Positions 30,307 through 40,266 are shown, counted from the first letter of the stretch. The stretch: 64,000 nucleotides of DNA from an uncultured Gammaproteobacteria bacterium (GCA_964596525.1 CAZQUL010000001.1:268830-332829), one strand, 5' to 3'. Made by a program: numbers and translations. The notes: a model not told the origin generated them from the sequence alone.

Positions 30307-30516
30307 TCAGCCGTGCATCAAGGTTTCCCCCTGTATCGTAAGGTAGGCATCGTAGAAATCTCCACCATCAAGCCCGACTGATAGCCGGGTTTCATCTTCA
30401 AAAATGAGCTCGATCCCCCACTCCTCAAGAGTAATGTTTTTTAACTTCTTGCCGGAAAAATCGCCGACGAGCTTATCAGCGAGCTGCTTGCGCGCAACCT
30501 CCCATTCTTGCGTCAT
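30307..30516 (-). CDS. Small hypothetical protein
   Basis: AAGGAGGT SD; TTGATT-17-TAAAAT promoter. Confidence 0.55.
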   Translation of the reverse strand: MTQEWEVARKQLADKLVGDFSGKKLKNITLEEWGIELIFEDETRLSVGLDGGDFYDAYLTIQGETLMHG

Positions 30517-30629
30517 GGACACCTCCTTTATCAGGGATAACTGCTAATTTTAGCGAATAAACATACTAAAATCAAGCTTTTAATTAAACTAAAAAAGCCA
30601 CTGGTGGCTTCTACGATTTTATTACATCG

Positions 30630-30713
30630 TGCCCAGAGAGAGAATCGAACTCTCATGACCGTGAGGTCGCGGGATTTTGAGTCCCGTGCGTCTACCAATT
30701 CCGCCATCTGGGC
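30630..30713 (-). tRNA. tRNA-Leu(CAA)
   Basis: Cloverleaf GCCCAGA.../TCTGGGC-A, long variable arm, anticodon loop CT-CAA-AA. Confidence 0.95.
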
Positions 30714-30791
30714 CTAAAAGTTTGGGAGAAACTTCTAGCATTCTAGCCAACCGTTGGTGGTCTGTCAATTGTGTGCTAAAATGAACCTGCT

Positions 30792-31574
30792 ATGATTATC
30801 ACGGTCGTCAACCAAAAAGGCGGGGTCGGCAAAACCACTACCGCTGTTTCGCTCGCTGCCGGATTAGCCGAATCAGGCAAATTTGTCCTACTCGTTGATC
30901 TGGATCCGCAGGGCAACGCCACCTCTGGCCTTGGCCTTGCACCCGATGGAACCGGGCTCTACCACGCGCTTGTCGGCCTCTCTCCGCTTTCAACCACGGT
31001 GCTCAACACGCGCCATGATGGCCTGCGCGTTGTCCCGGCCACGCCCGATTTGGCCGGCGCCAACGTAGAACTCGTGAGCGTCGAGGGTCGCGAAAAAAAG
31101 CTCGCCGACGTACTCACCGAAGTGCGTCATGCCTACGACTACATCATCATCGACTGCCCACCGTCTTTGGGCATTCTTACTCTCAACGGCCTCATCGCCG
31201 CCGACCATCTTCTCATTCCAGTCCAGGCCGAATATTATGCACTCGAAGGCTTGGGTCAGCTTTTAAAAACCATTGAGATGGTCAAGCAGGTTAAACCGAC
31301 TCTTTCGCTTCTTGGCGCCGTCATCACCATGTTCGACGGCCGCAACCGCTTGTCCGAAGAAGTGCTCAACGAACTCAACACGCACTTTCCGAGCAAGATT
31401 TTCAAATCCATCATCCCCCGTACCGTGCGTCTCGCTGAAGCGCCCAGTTTTGGTAAAAGCATTTTTGAGTATGAACCCAACGGCAAAGGCGCCCGCGCTT
31501 ACCGCAGCCTGGTCGAAGAACTTTTGGCGCACGAGCAAGAACAGCAACAATCAGAACCTTCCCATTCCTCCTAA
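30792..31574 (+). CDS. parA: Chromosome partitioning ATPase ParA/Soj
   Basis: NQKGGVGKTT, DLDPQGN, IDCPPSLG, RLAEAPSFG. Confidence 0.96.
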   Translation: MIITVVNQKGGVGKTTTAVSLAAGLAESGKFVLLVDLDPQGNATSGLGLAPDGTGLYHALVGLSPLSTTVLNTRHDGLRVVPATPDLAGANVELVSVEGREKKLADVLTEVRHAYDYIIIDCPPSLGILTLNGLIAADHLLIPVQAEYYALEGLGQLLKTIEMVKQVKPTLSLLGAVITMFDGRNRLSEEVLNELNTHFPSKIFKSIIPRTVRLAEAPSFGKSIFEYEPNGKGARAYRSLVEELLAHEQEQQQSEPSHSS

Positions 31575-31616
31575 AATTAGCCTTTCTCGAGGTGTTTTAT
31601 TTATTTATCTCAGCAT

Positions 31617-32468
31617 ATGTCACTCGGCCGCGGTCTTGGCGCCCTCATCTCCACTCCGCCCCCTGTTCCTCCTGCTTCTCCCAAACCGGTGAGCGAACCG
31701 CCGCCCGCGGGCACGCGCGTGCTCGATATTCCGTTATCTCTTTTACACGCCAACCCCGAACAGCCGCGCCAGCATTTCGATCCAGTCGCCCTCGAAGAAC
31801 TAGCCGCTTCTCTCAAGGAACACGGCGTGTTGGAGCCGCTTCTCGTTAACGAAACCAAAAACGGCACGTACGAAATCATCGCCGGTGAACGCCGTTTCCG
31901 CGCGGCCAAGCTCGCCGGACTCACGACCGTTCCCGCGCTTGTCAAAAACGTCGCTCATGACCAGAAGCTGGCTATCGCCATCATCGAAAACGTGCAACGC
32001 CAAGACCTTAACCCCATCGAAGAAGCGTTTGCCTACCAACGCCTGATCGACGAATTCGATCTAACCCAAGAGCAGATCGCCAAGAAAGTGGGCAAAAGCC
32101 GCCCGGTCATTGCCAACACGCTGCGTTTGCTCGCGCTTCCCAAACCCATCCAGGCCGCACTCATCGAAAAAACCATTTCCATGAGCCAAGCGCGCACGCT
32201 TCTTGCCCTCAAAACCGAAACCGAACAGCTCGACATGCTCGCCTCGCTCCTTGGCAAAAAAATCACGGTGCGTGAACTGGAGCGTGAAGTAAGCAAGGGC
32301 AAACCTACGCCAGCTGCCAACCCAGCGATCCGCTACCTCGAAGACGAGCTACGCGCCAAGCTCGGTGCTAAAGTGCGCATCAACGCACAGGGCGGCATCG
32401 GCACGATTACGGTTTCGTTTTTTTCGGATGAAGAACTTGGTGATTTGGTGAAAAAGATTGTTGAATAA
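31617..32468 (+). CDS. parB: ParB/Spo0J partitioning protein
   Basis: LGRGL, NPEQPR, AGERRFRA, ENVQRQDLNPIEEA, HTH. Confidence 0.96.
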   Translation: MSLGRGLGALISTPPPVPPASPKPVSEPPPAGTRVLDIPLSLLHANPEQPRQHFDPVALEELAASLKEHGVLEPLLVNETKNGTYEIIAGERRFRAAKLAGLTTVPALVKNVAHDQKLAIAIIENVQRQDLNPIEEAFAYQRLIDEFDLTQEQIAKKVGKSRPVIANTLRLLALPKPIQAALIEKTISMSQARTLLALKTETEQLDMLASLLGKKITVRELEREVSKGKPTPAANPAIRYLEDELRAKLGAKVRINAQGGIGTITVSFFSDEELGDLVKKIVE

Positions 32469-32586
32469 ACGCTTTTTAAACCTTCAGTATTGACGCAAGG
32501 GGGTTTTTTTATTAGTATGTACTGTCGGAGAAGTCTCGTCTCTTCTCGACCAAAAGATCAACAAGACGAAGAAGGAGCTCTTTATA

Positions 32587-33216
32587 ATGACGCGGCACAA
32601 ACATGAACGCTTAGCGCTTTCGCACGAAATAGTAAAAAAGACTCTTCTCATTCTTCCACGTGATGAATACACCCCCAGTAATTTACATCATTATCTGCAG
32701 CGACTCGTCGAGCGTGGTTTCACCCTCGAAGAAAGTGATTCTACATTTTTCTTCCCCGTGCACCGGTTCGAAATTACTGATCGGTGCGTAGTGGCGGATT
32801 CGTTTGCTTTTCTCCTGCAGCATCAGACCAAAGGCGGGACGAGGATTCTCGACATAGTGAGCATACGTGACTTCGGGCTTCCACCCTACCGGGATCGCAG
32901 GCAATTCAACCCCTCCCGCCTTCTCATCACCGAACACGCGAAGCAGCGCTTTGCCGAGCGGCACCTTAACGAGGTCTTTAACTTCCCCAACAGCGTTCCG
33001 GATTCCGTCCGCCTCTGGTACATGCTCACGCAAAGCGCTACGGAAGAACTACCATCACTCACTGCCACCCTTCGTTCGCTACGGCATGATGAAGAGCCTA
33101 CGCGTTACTACCGAGTTCTGTACCCTACTAACGCCCGAAGTCGTTATCGCTTCGTGTTTGGGCCGCGTGAGAACGGTCGATTTCCGTTAAAAACCTTCGA
33201 GACCACCACCCGATAA
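32587..33216 (+). CDS. Hypothetical protein
   Basis: AAGGAG SD, own promoter and terminator; ITEHAKQRFAER motif. Confidence 0.65.
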   Translation: MTRHKHERLALSHEIVKKTLLILPRDEYTPSNLHHYLQRLVERGFTLEESDSTFFFPVHRFEITDRCVVADSFAFLLQHQTKGGTRILDIVSIRDFGLPPYRDRRQFNPSRLLITEHAKQRFAERHLNEVFNFPNSVPDSVRLWYMLTQSATEELPSLTATLRSLRHDEEPTRYYRVLYPTNARSRYRFVFGPRENGRFPLKTFETTTR

Positions 33217-33246
33217 CGACCCCGTCCCCACGGGGTTTTTCCATAC

Positions 33247-33390
33247 TTATCCACCTATTACCTGACTTATCCACAGGTTTATCCACATATACCTGTCAAG
33301 CCCTAGAAATACGGAAAAAGCCCTCTTTTATCTTACAAACAAGTTGCGTATACTAGGCCTATCCACACCACGCACGCTTACTTGTCCACA
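33247..33390. promoter_or_regulatory. DnaA-box cluster upstream of dnaA
   Basis: TTATCCACA at 33267 and 33279; variants at 33247, 33359, 33382. Confidence 0.85.
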
Positions 33391-33401
33391 CTTTTTCCCC
33401 T

Positions 33402-34859
33402 ATGCTGACGAACCACGAAATCTGGCAGGCTGTTCTCGCCGAGCTTGAGCTCTCTATCTCGAAAGCCAACTTCAACACCTGGCTCAAGTCGACCGGCATC
33501 CTGTCGCTCCAAGACGGACAAGCAATCATTTGCGTGCCGAGCGCTTTTGCCAAAAGCTGGGTCGAGAACAAATACCACAAAACCGTCGTGCAATCCCTCG
33601 AACGCGTTACCGAGAAACCTATCCGCCGCGTAGAATACCGCGTCGGTAACTTTAAAGTCTTGAGCCAGCAGGCTGCCGCCACACCAACCCAACCATCGCC
33701 CACGCTCGAGTTCGGCGCCGCTACCATCGAAGAACCATCCTATATAGAAACGCCCGACCATACTCCCTCTTCGGATCCCTTCTCTCCCCCACCGCCCGAA
33801 CCGACGCCCACCACCACCTCGGGCAGCTTTGTCCTCAATCCCAAATATACCTTTGATACCTTTGTCGTAGGTAAAAGCAGCGAACTTGCCTACGCGGCCG
33901 CGCAAGCGGTAGTATCGCGCCCGGGCGTATCGTACAACCCGCTTTTCATCTACGGCGGCGTGGGTTTGGGCAAAACCCACCTTATCCAAGCCATCGGCAA
34001 TGAGCTCATGAAGCGCAAACCCGACATTGCCATCATGTACGTGAGCGCCGAAAAATTCTCCAACGATTTCATCGGTTCGGTAAAAGAAGGTACGGCCAAA
34101 CAGTTCCAGGACAAATACCGCCACATCGATCTTCTTCTCATCGACGATATCCAATTCATCGCCGGCAAAGATCGCACGCAGGAATCGTTTTTCCACACCT
34201 TCAACGAACTACACCAACAAAACAAGCAAGTTGTCCTCACCTCAGATCGTCCGCCCAAGGCCATTCCCGCGCTCGAAGACCGTCTCAAATCACGCTTCGG
34301 CTGGGGCATGATCGCGGACATCGCGCCACCGGATTTTGAAACCCGTACCGCCATCCTCGAGAAAAAATGCGCGGAGAAGAACTACCATCTCGATACACTG
34401 CTTTTGCAGGCCATTGCCTCGGCCGTGCAGAGTAACATCCGCGAACTTGAAGGCGCGCTCAACAAGGTCATCGTCTACCACGATCTCAAAAACACCGAAC
34501 CGACCGCGGAATCCATTAAAGCGCTTCTTTTGGGCAGCGCCGAAACCGGCGGCGGCAAAACTACTATCACAGCCGCACAAGTCATCGAGACCGTGGTGCA
34601 GATGTACAACCTCACGATTGATGAAATCGTCGGTAAAAGCCGCGAAAAAAAGATCTCCTTTCCCCGTCAGATCATCATGTACCTCTTGCGCCAAGAGCTT
34701 GGCATGTCATTCCCTTCGATCGGGAGCGAACTCGGCGGCCGCGACCATACGACCGCTATTCACGCCTATGAGAAGATCGCCGGCGAAGTGGAGCAAGACC
34801 CCAAACTCAAACAGGAAATCGATTCAATCAAACAACGGCTCTTTATCAATAATATTTAG
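33402..34859 (+). CDS. dnaA: Chromosomal replication initiator
   Basis: LNPKYTFDTFV, YGGVGLGKTHL, LLIDDIQF, GGRDHTT. Confidence 0.98.
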   Translation: MLTNHEIWQAVLAELELSISKANFNTWLKSTGILSLQDGQAIICVPSAFAKSWVENKYHKTVVQSLERVTEKPIRRVEYRVGNFKVLSQQAAATPTQPSPTLEFGAATIEEPSYIETPDHTPSSDPFSPPPPEPTPTTTSGSFVLNPKYTFDTFVVGKSSELAYAAAQAVVSRPGVSYNPLFIYGGVGLGKTHLIQAIGNELMKRKPDIAIMYVSAEKFSNDFIGSVKEGTAKQFQDKYRHIDLLLIDDIQFIAGKDRTQESFFHTFNELHQQNKQVVLTSDRPPKAIPALEDRLKSRFGWGMIADIAPPDFETRTAILEKKCAEKNYHLDTLLLQAIASAVQSNIRELEGALNKVIVYHDLKNTEPTAESIKALLLGSAETGGGKTTITAAQVIETVVQMYNLTIDEIVGKSREKKISFPRQIIMYLLRQELGMSFPSIGSELGGRDHTTAIHAYEKIAGEVEQDPKLKQEIDSIKQRLFINNI

Positions 34860-35182
34860 GAAGTGATTTCGTAGGACGTAGGGAGTAGACAAGGAAGGAC
34901 TGTTAATAATGGGTGGATAACCTGAGGACAACCGTCAATCCGGATGGGATAACTCGGTGCACAACAAGGAGCTCCATCCCCACCTTATCCCCGCTCCCCC
35001 ACCCCGCTTCTTCTTTTATCCCCGCACGGTAAAATCCATCCCCGTTCTGTCCCCGGCTCTTGGGGATAAAATAGTGCCATTCTTTGGCTAAAGGATAACA
35101 ATGTTCGTAACTATCCCCGGCGTCCACACCCCTTATTAGTATTATTATCTCTTTATATATAGATAATTAAATAACCCCTGAT
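34860..35182. other. Probable oriC (dnaA-dnaN intergenic) with unwinding element
   Basis: DnaA-box variants (GGTGGATAA at 34912); TCCACA-CCCC followed by TAT TAG TAT TAT TAT trio-like run and AT-rich tract at 35121-35175. Confidence 0.8.
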
Positions 35183-36301
35183 ATGAAATTTTCTTGCACG
35201 CACGATAATCTGCAAAGTGCCTTGGGAGTGGTTGCCGGTGTTGCGGGTAAGCATATCAATTTGCCAATTTTGGGAAACGTACTTCTCCGTGTCGATGCAC
35301 AGAAGGTGTCACTTACGGCAACAAATTTAGAAATAGCGCTTTCCACGTCGTTTCGTGCCAAAGTAGATGCGCCAGGAACCTTTACCGTACCAGCCAAGAC
35401 GTTTACCGAAACCGTAGGCTTTTTGACTGATGGCCCCGTAACCATTGAACTCGATGGCAGTGAACTGGTTATTCAGGCCGGAAAAACACGCACCAAACTC
35501 AAGGGTACGAGCGCTGAAGAGTTCCCGATTATCCCTGAATTACAAACCGGACGAAAACTTACGGTTCCCAAAGAACTTCTCAAAGATGCGTTTACTCGCG
35601 TATTGCCAGCGGTCGCGCGTACCGAAATCCGTCCGGAACTCTCCGGCGTATACTTTGGCGTCGGCGTACACGAGCGCAAAGGCATTACGCTTGCGGCAAC
35701 CGACAGCTTCCGTTTGGCGGAGCGTGTTATCCCACTCAACCTCCCCGAAGGTGAGGTGCCTTGGAGTGTTATAGTGCCGGGTAAAACCGCCCAAGAAGTG
35801 ACGCGGCTTTTGAGCGCGAGCGAAGGTGAAAGCGCTGAACTCACCTTAACCGAAACCCAGCTTGCGGTCGTGGTGGGTGAAACCGTGCTTATTTCACGCT
35901 TGGTAGAAGGCTCGTACCCCGATTATACGCAAATTATTCCTCGCCAGTTTTCAACCACGGTCACCTGCGCGGCTGATGCGCTCGGCAAAGAAGTGAAAGC
36001 TGCTGGCATCTTTACTACTTCAGGCATCAATGCGGTCGAAGTTACCTTCGCACCAGGGACGGGGGTGATGCAATTCGCTTCGGCCTCCACACAGGCTGGT
36101 GAATACCGCTCGGAATTGCCTGTAGAAGGCACGGGCGTCGACGTAAAAGTACTTTTGAGTCATCGCTACCTGCTTGATGGCCTCAGCGCGCTCCGGTCGC
36201 CTCGGGCGCAGTTTTCGGTGGTCAATGCCGATAGCCCGTGCGTGCTCTCGTCTCCTGAGGGTGATGGATTCCTCTACATCATCATGCCGATCCGACAGTA
36301 A
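35183..36301 (+). CDS. dnaN: DNA polymerase III beta clamp
   Basis: LTATNLEI, ATDSFRL, YPDY, IMPIR. Confidence 0.97.
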   Translation: MKFSCTHDNLQSALGVVAGVAGKHINLPILGNVLLRVDAQKVSLTATNLEIALSTSFRAKVDAPGTFTVPAKTFTETVGFLTDGPVTIELDGSELVIQAGKTRTKLKGTSAEEFPIIPELQTGRKLTVPKELLKDAFTRVLPAVARTEIRPELSGVYFGVGVHERKGITLAATDSFRLAERVIPLNLPEGEVPWSVIVPGKTAQEVTRLLSASEGESAELTLTETQLAVVVGETVLISRLVEGSYPDYTQIIPRQFSTTVTCAADALGKEVKAAGIFTTSGINAVEVTFAPGTGVMQFASASTQAGEYRSELPVEGTGVDVKVLLSHRYLLDGLSALRSPRAQFSVVNADSPCVLSSPEGDGFLYIIMPIRQ

Positions 36302-36327
36302 AATCGCTAGATTTAAAGAAAGAAAAG

Positions 36328-36358
36328 AAAAAAGCGTTGTTTTCTACAACGCTTTTTT
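36328..36358 (+). terminator. Bidirectional-type terminator after dnaN
   Basis: AAAAAAGCGTTGT-TTTCT-ACAACGCTTTTTT. Confidence 0.8.
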
Positions 36359-36372
36359 GTATCTGGATTTAT

Positions 36373-36475
36373 CGTCATTGCAAGGAAGGAGTTAGACGGC
36401 GGACGAAGCAATCCCTATGTAGTTTAGAGCTCACTCCGCTATCAAGGGGATTGCTTCGCTATGCTCGCAATGACG
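36373..36475. repeat. Palindromic REP/RPE-like element, copy 2
   Basis: CGTCATTGC...GAAGCAATCCC...GGGATTGCTTCG...GCAATGACG. Confidence 0.8.
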
Positions 36476-36510
36476 AAGTTTTTAGCTTCTCATACCTGGA
36501 AAATTCCTAC

Positions 36511-37458
36511 AAAAACAGTAAACCCCAGAAGTGCGCAGGCTTCTGGGGTTGGCATTTCGTGGTTCTGGGCACGGGCCCGTGTCCAGAGCAGACGAAATGA
36601 GGTAGTGCCGCATCATGCGGCAGGTAAACTTTGTCGTCACAAAGGGGGGGTGATGTAGCGACGTAGGACACATCGCCAGATCTCCCCGCCTTTGTGGCGG
36701 TGATCCAGGCCGTCACCACTGCCAAGGAGCGACCTCGGCGCTTATCGCTGAGCGAACTCTTGATAAGCTAAATTGAGGCTTCCAAAGCGGTAGTTTACGG
36801 CGGACTGGCCTTCTCTCAAAAAGAGCAATCACTGAAGCCTGGTAGCTTCTCATGCTCTTTTTTGCTGAGGGTTACAGTTCCCGGAGGGTTGCAGGATGAA
36901 AAACCAAAGATCGGCGGTCTGGCGGGTAATGGCCCGCCACACGAGGCGAGAATGTTCGTACGTAGAAGCACAGCGTGTCGACGTCCGGACGCATCTTTTC
37001 TCTTCGGGTTGCCTAAGAGGAAAAGAGTGAGTTGGTCCTGGACTATGAAAGAGCGGGACACGCGAGAAAAATCTCGTAGGTGCGGTTCTTGTGGTTTGGC
37101 AGTTCCCAAGAAAGCTTATGCCGGTCGTAACTCAGAGAGTTGACTGGGCACTTTCACCGCTCCGCTCGTGAGTGAGTCGAAGGGTAGCGCGAGGCTTAGA
37201 GGGAAATGCACCAAGAAGGTGACACCCAGGTGCGGGTACGAAGGTCTCGTTGCTGCATCTGTGGACTGGATGGCTTTGATGTACCACGCGAGTCAAAAGT
37301 ACGAGCGCGACACGTGATCAGCGTGGGCGCATGATTCTGGAAACGACGCGTTTCGCAGAAAAACCGCAGGTGGTAAAGCGTATCAAAGCGGCCATGTGTA
37401 CATCCTGGCCGGGAGAAGGTCAGCCTGTCATGTAAAGAACTTTCACAAACAACCACAT
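36511..37458 (-). ncRNA. Candidate large structured non-coding RNA (~950 nt), family not recognised
   Basis: No credible ORF; more than 15 stem-loops; TTGACA-17-TAAACT promoter at 37491-37463; 11-bp terminal stem at 36521-36550. Confidence 0.6.
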
Positions 37459-37462
37459 GTAT

Positions 37463-37720
37463 AGTTTAAGATTGTCCACAGTCATTGTCAACAACAGTGT
37501 ATACATTATGTCTTCACCGGTGATTTTTTGACTAAAATTAGACGAGAAAGAAACCACGAAGGTGAATACCCAGGAAGGTTTATGCACATAGTGTGGATAA
37601 GTAAGTGCATAAGTTGTTGATGAGGTGGTGAAAAAGGAAAGAAAAGGTTCTCTTTGTATAGAGTAGTGTATAAATATGTGGATGAAATCGAATAACTTTT
37701 TATTGTATGGTTGTGGATTA
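37463..37720 (-). promoter_or_regulatory. Promoter plus DnaA-box cluster
   Basis: TTGTCCACA (37472-37480) in the promoter spacer; TTATGCACA 37580; TGTGGATAA 37592; variants at 37604, 37665, 37677, 37712. Confidence 0.65.
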
Positions 37721-37806
37721 ATTACGGAAGGTATTGTGAGTCAGCTCGACGTTGCCGTGTAAATAAAAACAAAACAACGGACTCCCAAAATCCGTTGCTA
37801 TGTTTG

Positions 37807-37878
37807 AGGTACCGGCGGGAATTGCACCCGCGCATAAAGGTTTTGCAGACCTCTGCCTTACTACTTGGCTACGGTACC
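37807..37878 (-). tRNA. tRNA-Cys(GCA)
   Basis: GGTACCG/CGGTACC-T acceptor, anticodon loop CT-GCA-AA; T-loop TGCAATT. Confidence 0.92.
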
Positions 37879-37963
37879 GATTGATGTTTCGAGCTATCGA
37901 ACCGAGCGTATCATGAAGCGCGTATGAAGACAAGAAGGTTATTGGAAGTTTTTAGCACATCTT

Positions 37964-38074
37964 CCGTCATTGCGAGGAGGCACCCGACGAAGCAACCCCT
38001 CCGTAATTTAGAACTTACTCTTCTATCAAGGGGATTGCTTCGTCGTTCGTCTAACTCACTCCTTGTAATGACGG
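37964..38074. repeat. Palindromic REP/RPE-like element, copy 3
   Basis: CCGTCATTGCGAGGAG...CTCCTTGTAATGACGG with the shared loop sequence. Confidence 0.8.
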
Positions 38075-38128
38075 GGAAAGAGTGTAAATTTTAAAAACCC
38101 CGTGGTGGGGTTTTGGCGGAAAGACACG

Positions 38129-38902
38129 CTAGGGCTGTGTGGCGAGAAACTCCGCGGTCGTGCCGCGGAAGTGGCGGTAGCGGTTGCTCTGCTCGGCCAG
38201 ACTGGTAAGGAGCTCCTGAGCGGCGGTGTGTTCCTTGGTGAGCCAGGTTGGGCTCAAGAACAGCTTGAGGAGCGCGATGAACCGATCATAGGGCACGATC
38301 CGATGATTGCCCTCGATACGCAGGGCCATCGAGTCTTCCAAGGTTTTCGTAAAAAATTCACCGGAGCTGATGTCGGTGGCCTGGACCGGTCCAAGCTCGG
38401 CTGCCGGCAGGAGCGTTTCGATATCGTCCGCCGACCATGCTGGGAGGCTAAGCGAGCTCATACGAGCGGCAATAACTGGATGCGTAATGCCGAGCTCCCA
38501 CGAGCCTGTGTCGAAAAACAGGTGGATGTGGCCGATGTAGCGACCAGCGGGTGAGACATCGGCACGGGGCGTTGTCGGATTGAAGAGCTCGCGCAACGAC
38601 TTCGACCAGATGGCGGTGTCTCCAGTGTCTTCGTAACGCTCATGGAGCATTCCTTCGAAAGTGGCGAGAACGTCGGTAGCGGCAGGGCGGTTGCTCTTCC
38701 AGCGGATCTCCGAACATTCTTTCAATCCCTCGCAGAGATCTTGAGCTACGGTTCCGGGTGACGGCCAGATGGCGAGATTGGCCAGCACATCGCAGAGAGA
38801 AGGCCGGAAGACGCGGTGGCTGTCCCAGCTGGTAGCCAAGAATGTGGTGGTACCGTTGGCAGCTTCAACGCCAAAAAATCCGATGATAATGAACGGTCCC
38901 AT
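38129..38902 (-). CDS. Hypothetical protein
   Basis: AGGAGG SD; TTGACA-17-TACAGT promoter; terminator at ~38094-38114. Confidence 0.7.
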   Translation of the reverse strand: MGPFIIIGFFGVEAANGTTTFLATSWDSHRVFRPSLCDVLANLAIWPSPGTVAQDLCEGLKECSEIRWKSNRPAATDVLATFEGMLHERYEDTGDTAIWSKSLRELFNPTTPRADVSPAGRYIGHIHLFFDTGSWELGITHPVIAARMSSLSLPAWSADDIETLLPAAELGPVQATDISSGEFFTKTLEDSMALRIEGNHRIVPYDRFIALLKLFLSPTWLTKEHTAAQELLTSLAEQSNRYRHFRGTTAEFLATQP

Positions 38903-38975
38903 GGGTGCCTCCTGTGCGTTGGGGAACGGCGTACTGTAGCATCACGTCGCTGCTCTGTCAATCGTTATTGTTCAT

Positions 38976-40055
38976 TTAAGCGTTGACGTGGAAGTACACC
39001 ACGTCGCCGTCCTGAACGACGTAATCTTTACCCTCGAGGCGGAGTTTGCCGCTTTCGCGCGCTTTGCTCCAGCCGCCCATCGCGACGAAATCGGCCCAGT
39101 TCATGACGTCGGCTTTGATGAACCCTTTGACGAAATCGGTATGGATGACACCGGCTGCATCCGGGGCTTTGGTGCCGCGTTCCACGGTCCAGGCGCGAGT
39201 TTCTTTTTCGCCGGAGGTAAAATACGTGATGAGGTTAAGGAGTTCGTATCCGGCCTTGATGAGTTTGTCGAGGCCGGTTTCCGCGATGCCGAGGTCTTTG
39301 AGGTACCCGGCAGCTTCGTCGGGCGTTAAATCAGCGAGTTCAGCTTCAAGGCGGGCGGAAATGACGATTTGCGGCGTACCGGCTTCGATCGTCGGTACGA
39401 TGAGTTCGGCGGTCGGTTTTTCGTCCACGTTAACCACGTAGAGCATGGGTTTCATGGTGAGGAGTTGGAGTGGTTTAACAACTTCAAGTTCTTCGGCAGT
39501 GAACTCGAGGGTGCGTGCTGGAAGCGTTTGTTCGAGGTGTTTAAAGATTTTTTCGAGGACCGCGATTTCAACAACGAAATCCTTGGCGGCTGCGCCTTTG
39601 GCGGATTTTTTGGCGTTATCGAGGCGTTTTTGGACGGTTTGGAGATCTGCAAGGCACAGTTCAGTGTTGATGATAACGGCATCTTCGCGCGGGTCGACGC
39701 GGTTGTGGACGTGAGTGACGTTGGAATCGGAAAAATGGCGGACCACGTGAGCGATGGCTGCAACTTCACGGATGTGCGCGAGGAATTTGTTGCCGAGCCC
39801 CTCGCCAAGCGATGCGCCTTTCACTAGGCCGGCAATGTCCACGAATTCGATGGCGGTTGGGATGGTTTTTTCGGATTTTGATGTGGTGGTCAGTTTGGCC
39901 AAGCGTTCATCCGGAACTTCAACCACACCGACGTTGGGGTCGATGGTGCAGAAGGGGTAGTTTTGGGCATTGGCTTGTTTGCTGCGGGTTAAAGCGTTGA
40001 AGAGGGTGGATTTGCCGACATTCGGAAGGCCGACGATGCCGATAGAGAGAGACAT
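38976..40055 (-). CDS. ychF: Redox-regulated ATPase YchF
   Basis: [39 protein letters not shown]. Confidence 0.97.
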   Translation of the reverse strand: MSLSIGIVGLPNVGKSTLFNALTRSKQANAQNYPFCTIDPNVGVVEVPDERLAKLTTTSKSEKTIPTAIEFVDIAGLVKGASLGEGLGNKFLAHIREVAAIAHVVRHFSDSNVTHVHNRVDPREDAVIINTELCLADLQTVQKRLDNAKKSAKGAAAKDFVVEIAVLEKIFKHLEQTLPARTLEFTAEELEVVKPLQLLTMKPMLYVVNVDEKPTAELIVPTIEAGTPQIVISARLEAELADLTPDEAAGYLKDLGIAETGLDKLIKAGYELLNLITYFTSGEKETRAWTVERGTKAPDAAGVIHTDFVKGFIKADVMNWADFVAMGGWSKARESGKLRLEGKDYVVQDGDVVYFHVNA

Positions 40056-40266
40056 ACAGGTACGAAGTGATGATAAAAGGTGGTTTTGAGGACTTTTCTG
40101 ATTATACGAGTCGTAGATTAGCTAAAAAGCGATGTTTTGGCAACTACTATTTGAATATGAGGGTGGAAAGATGATTATCCCGTCGTATTATTGACATAAT
40201 CAGTAAAATCATATCTACTAGCTGCTGATAGTGGGTTCCTTTGAGAAAAATAAGGAGGAAGCGACC

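Noticed and set aside
36507-37456. Short ORFs (60-97 aa) inside the structured region
   Set aside because: Overlapping on both strands, no start signals or motifs, Arg/Ser/Pro/Cys-rich composition typical of spurious ORFs
36511-37458. RNase P RNA, tmRNA or self-splicing intron
   Set aside because: No GAGGAAAGUCC P4 motif, no tRNA-like ends, no group II domain V; only a partial ATAGTCC match and no host gene. Checked by eye only.
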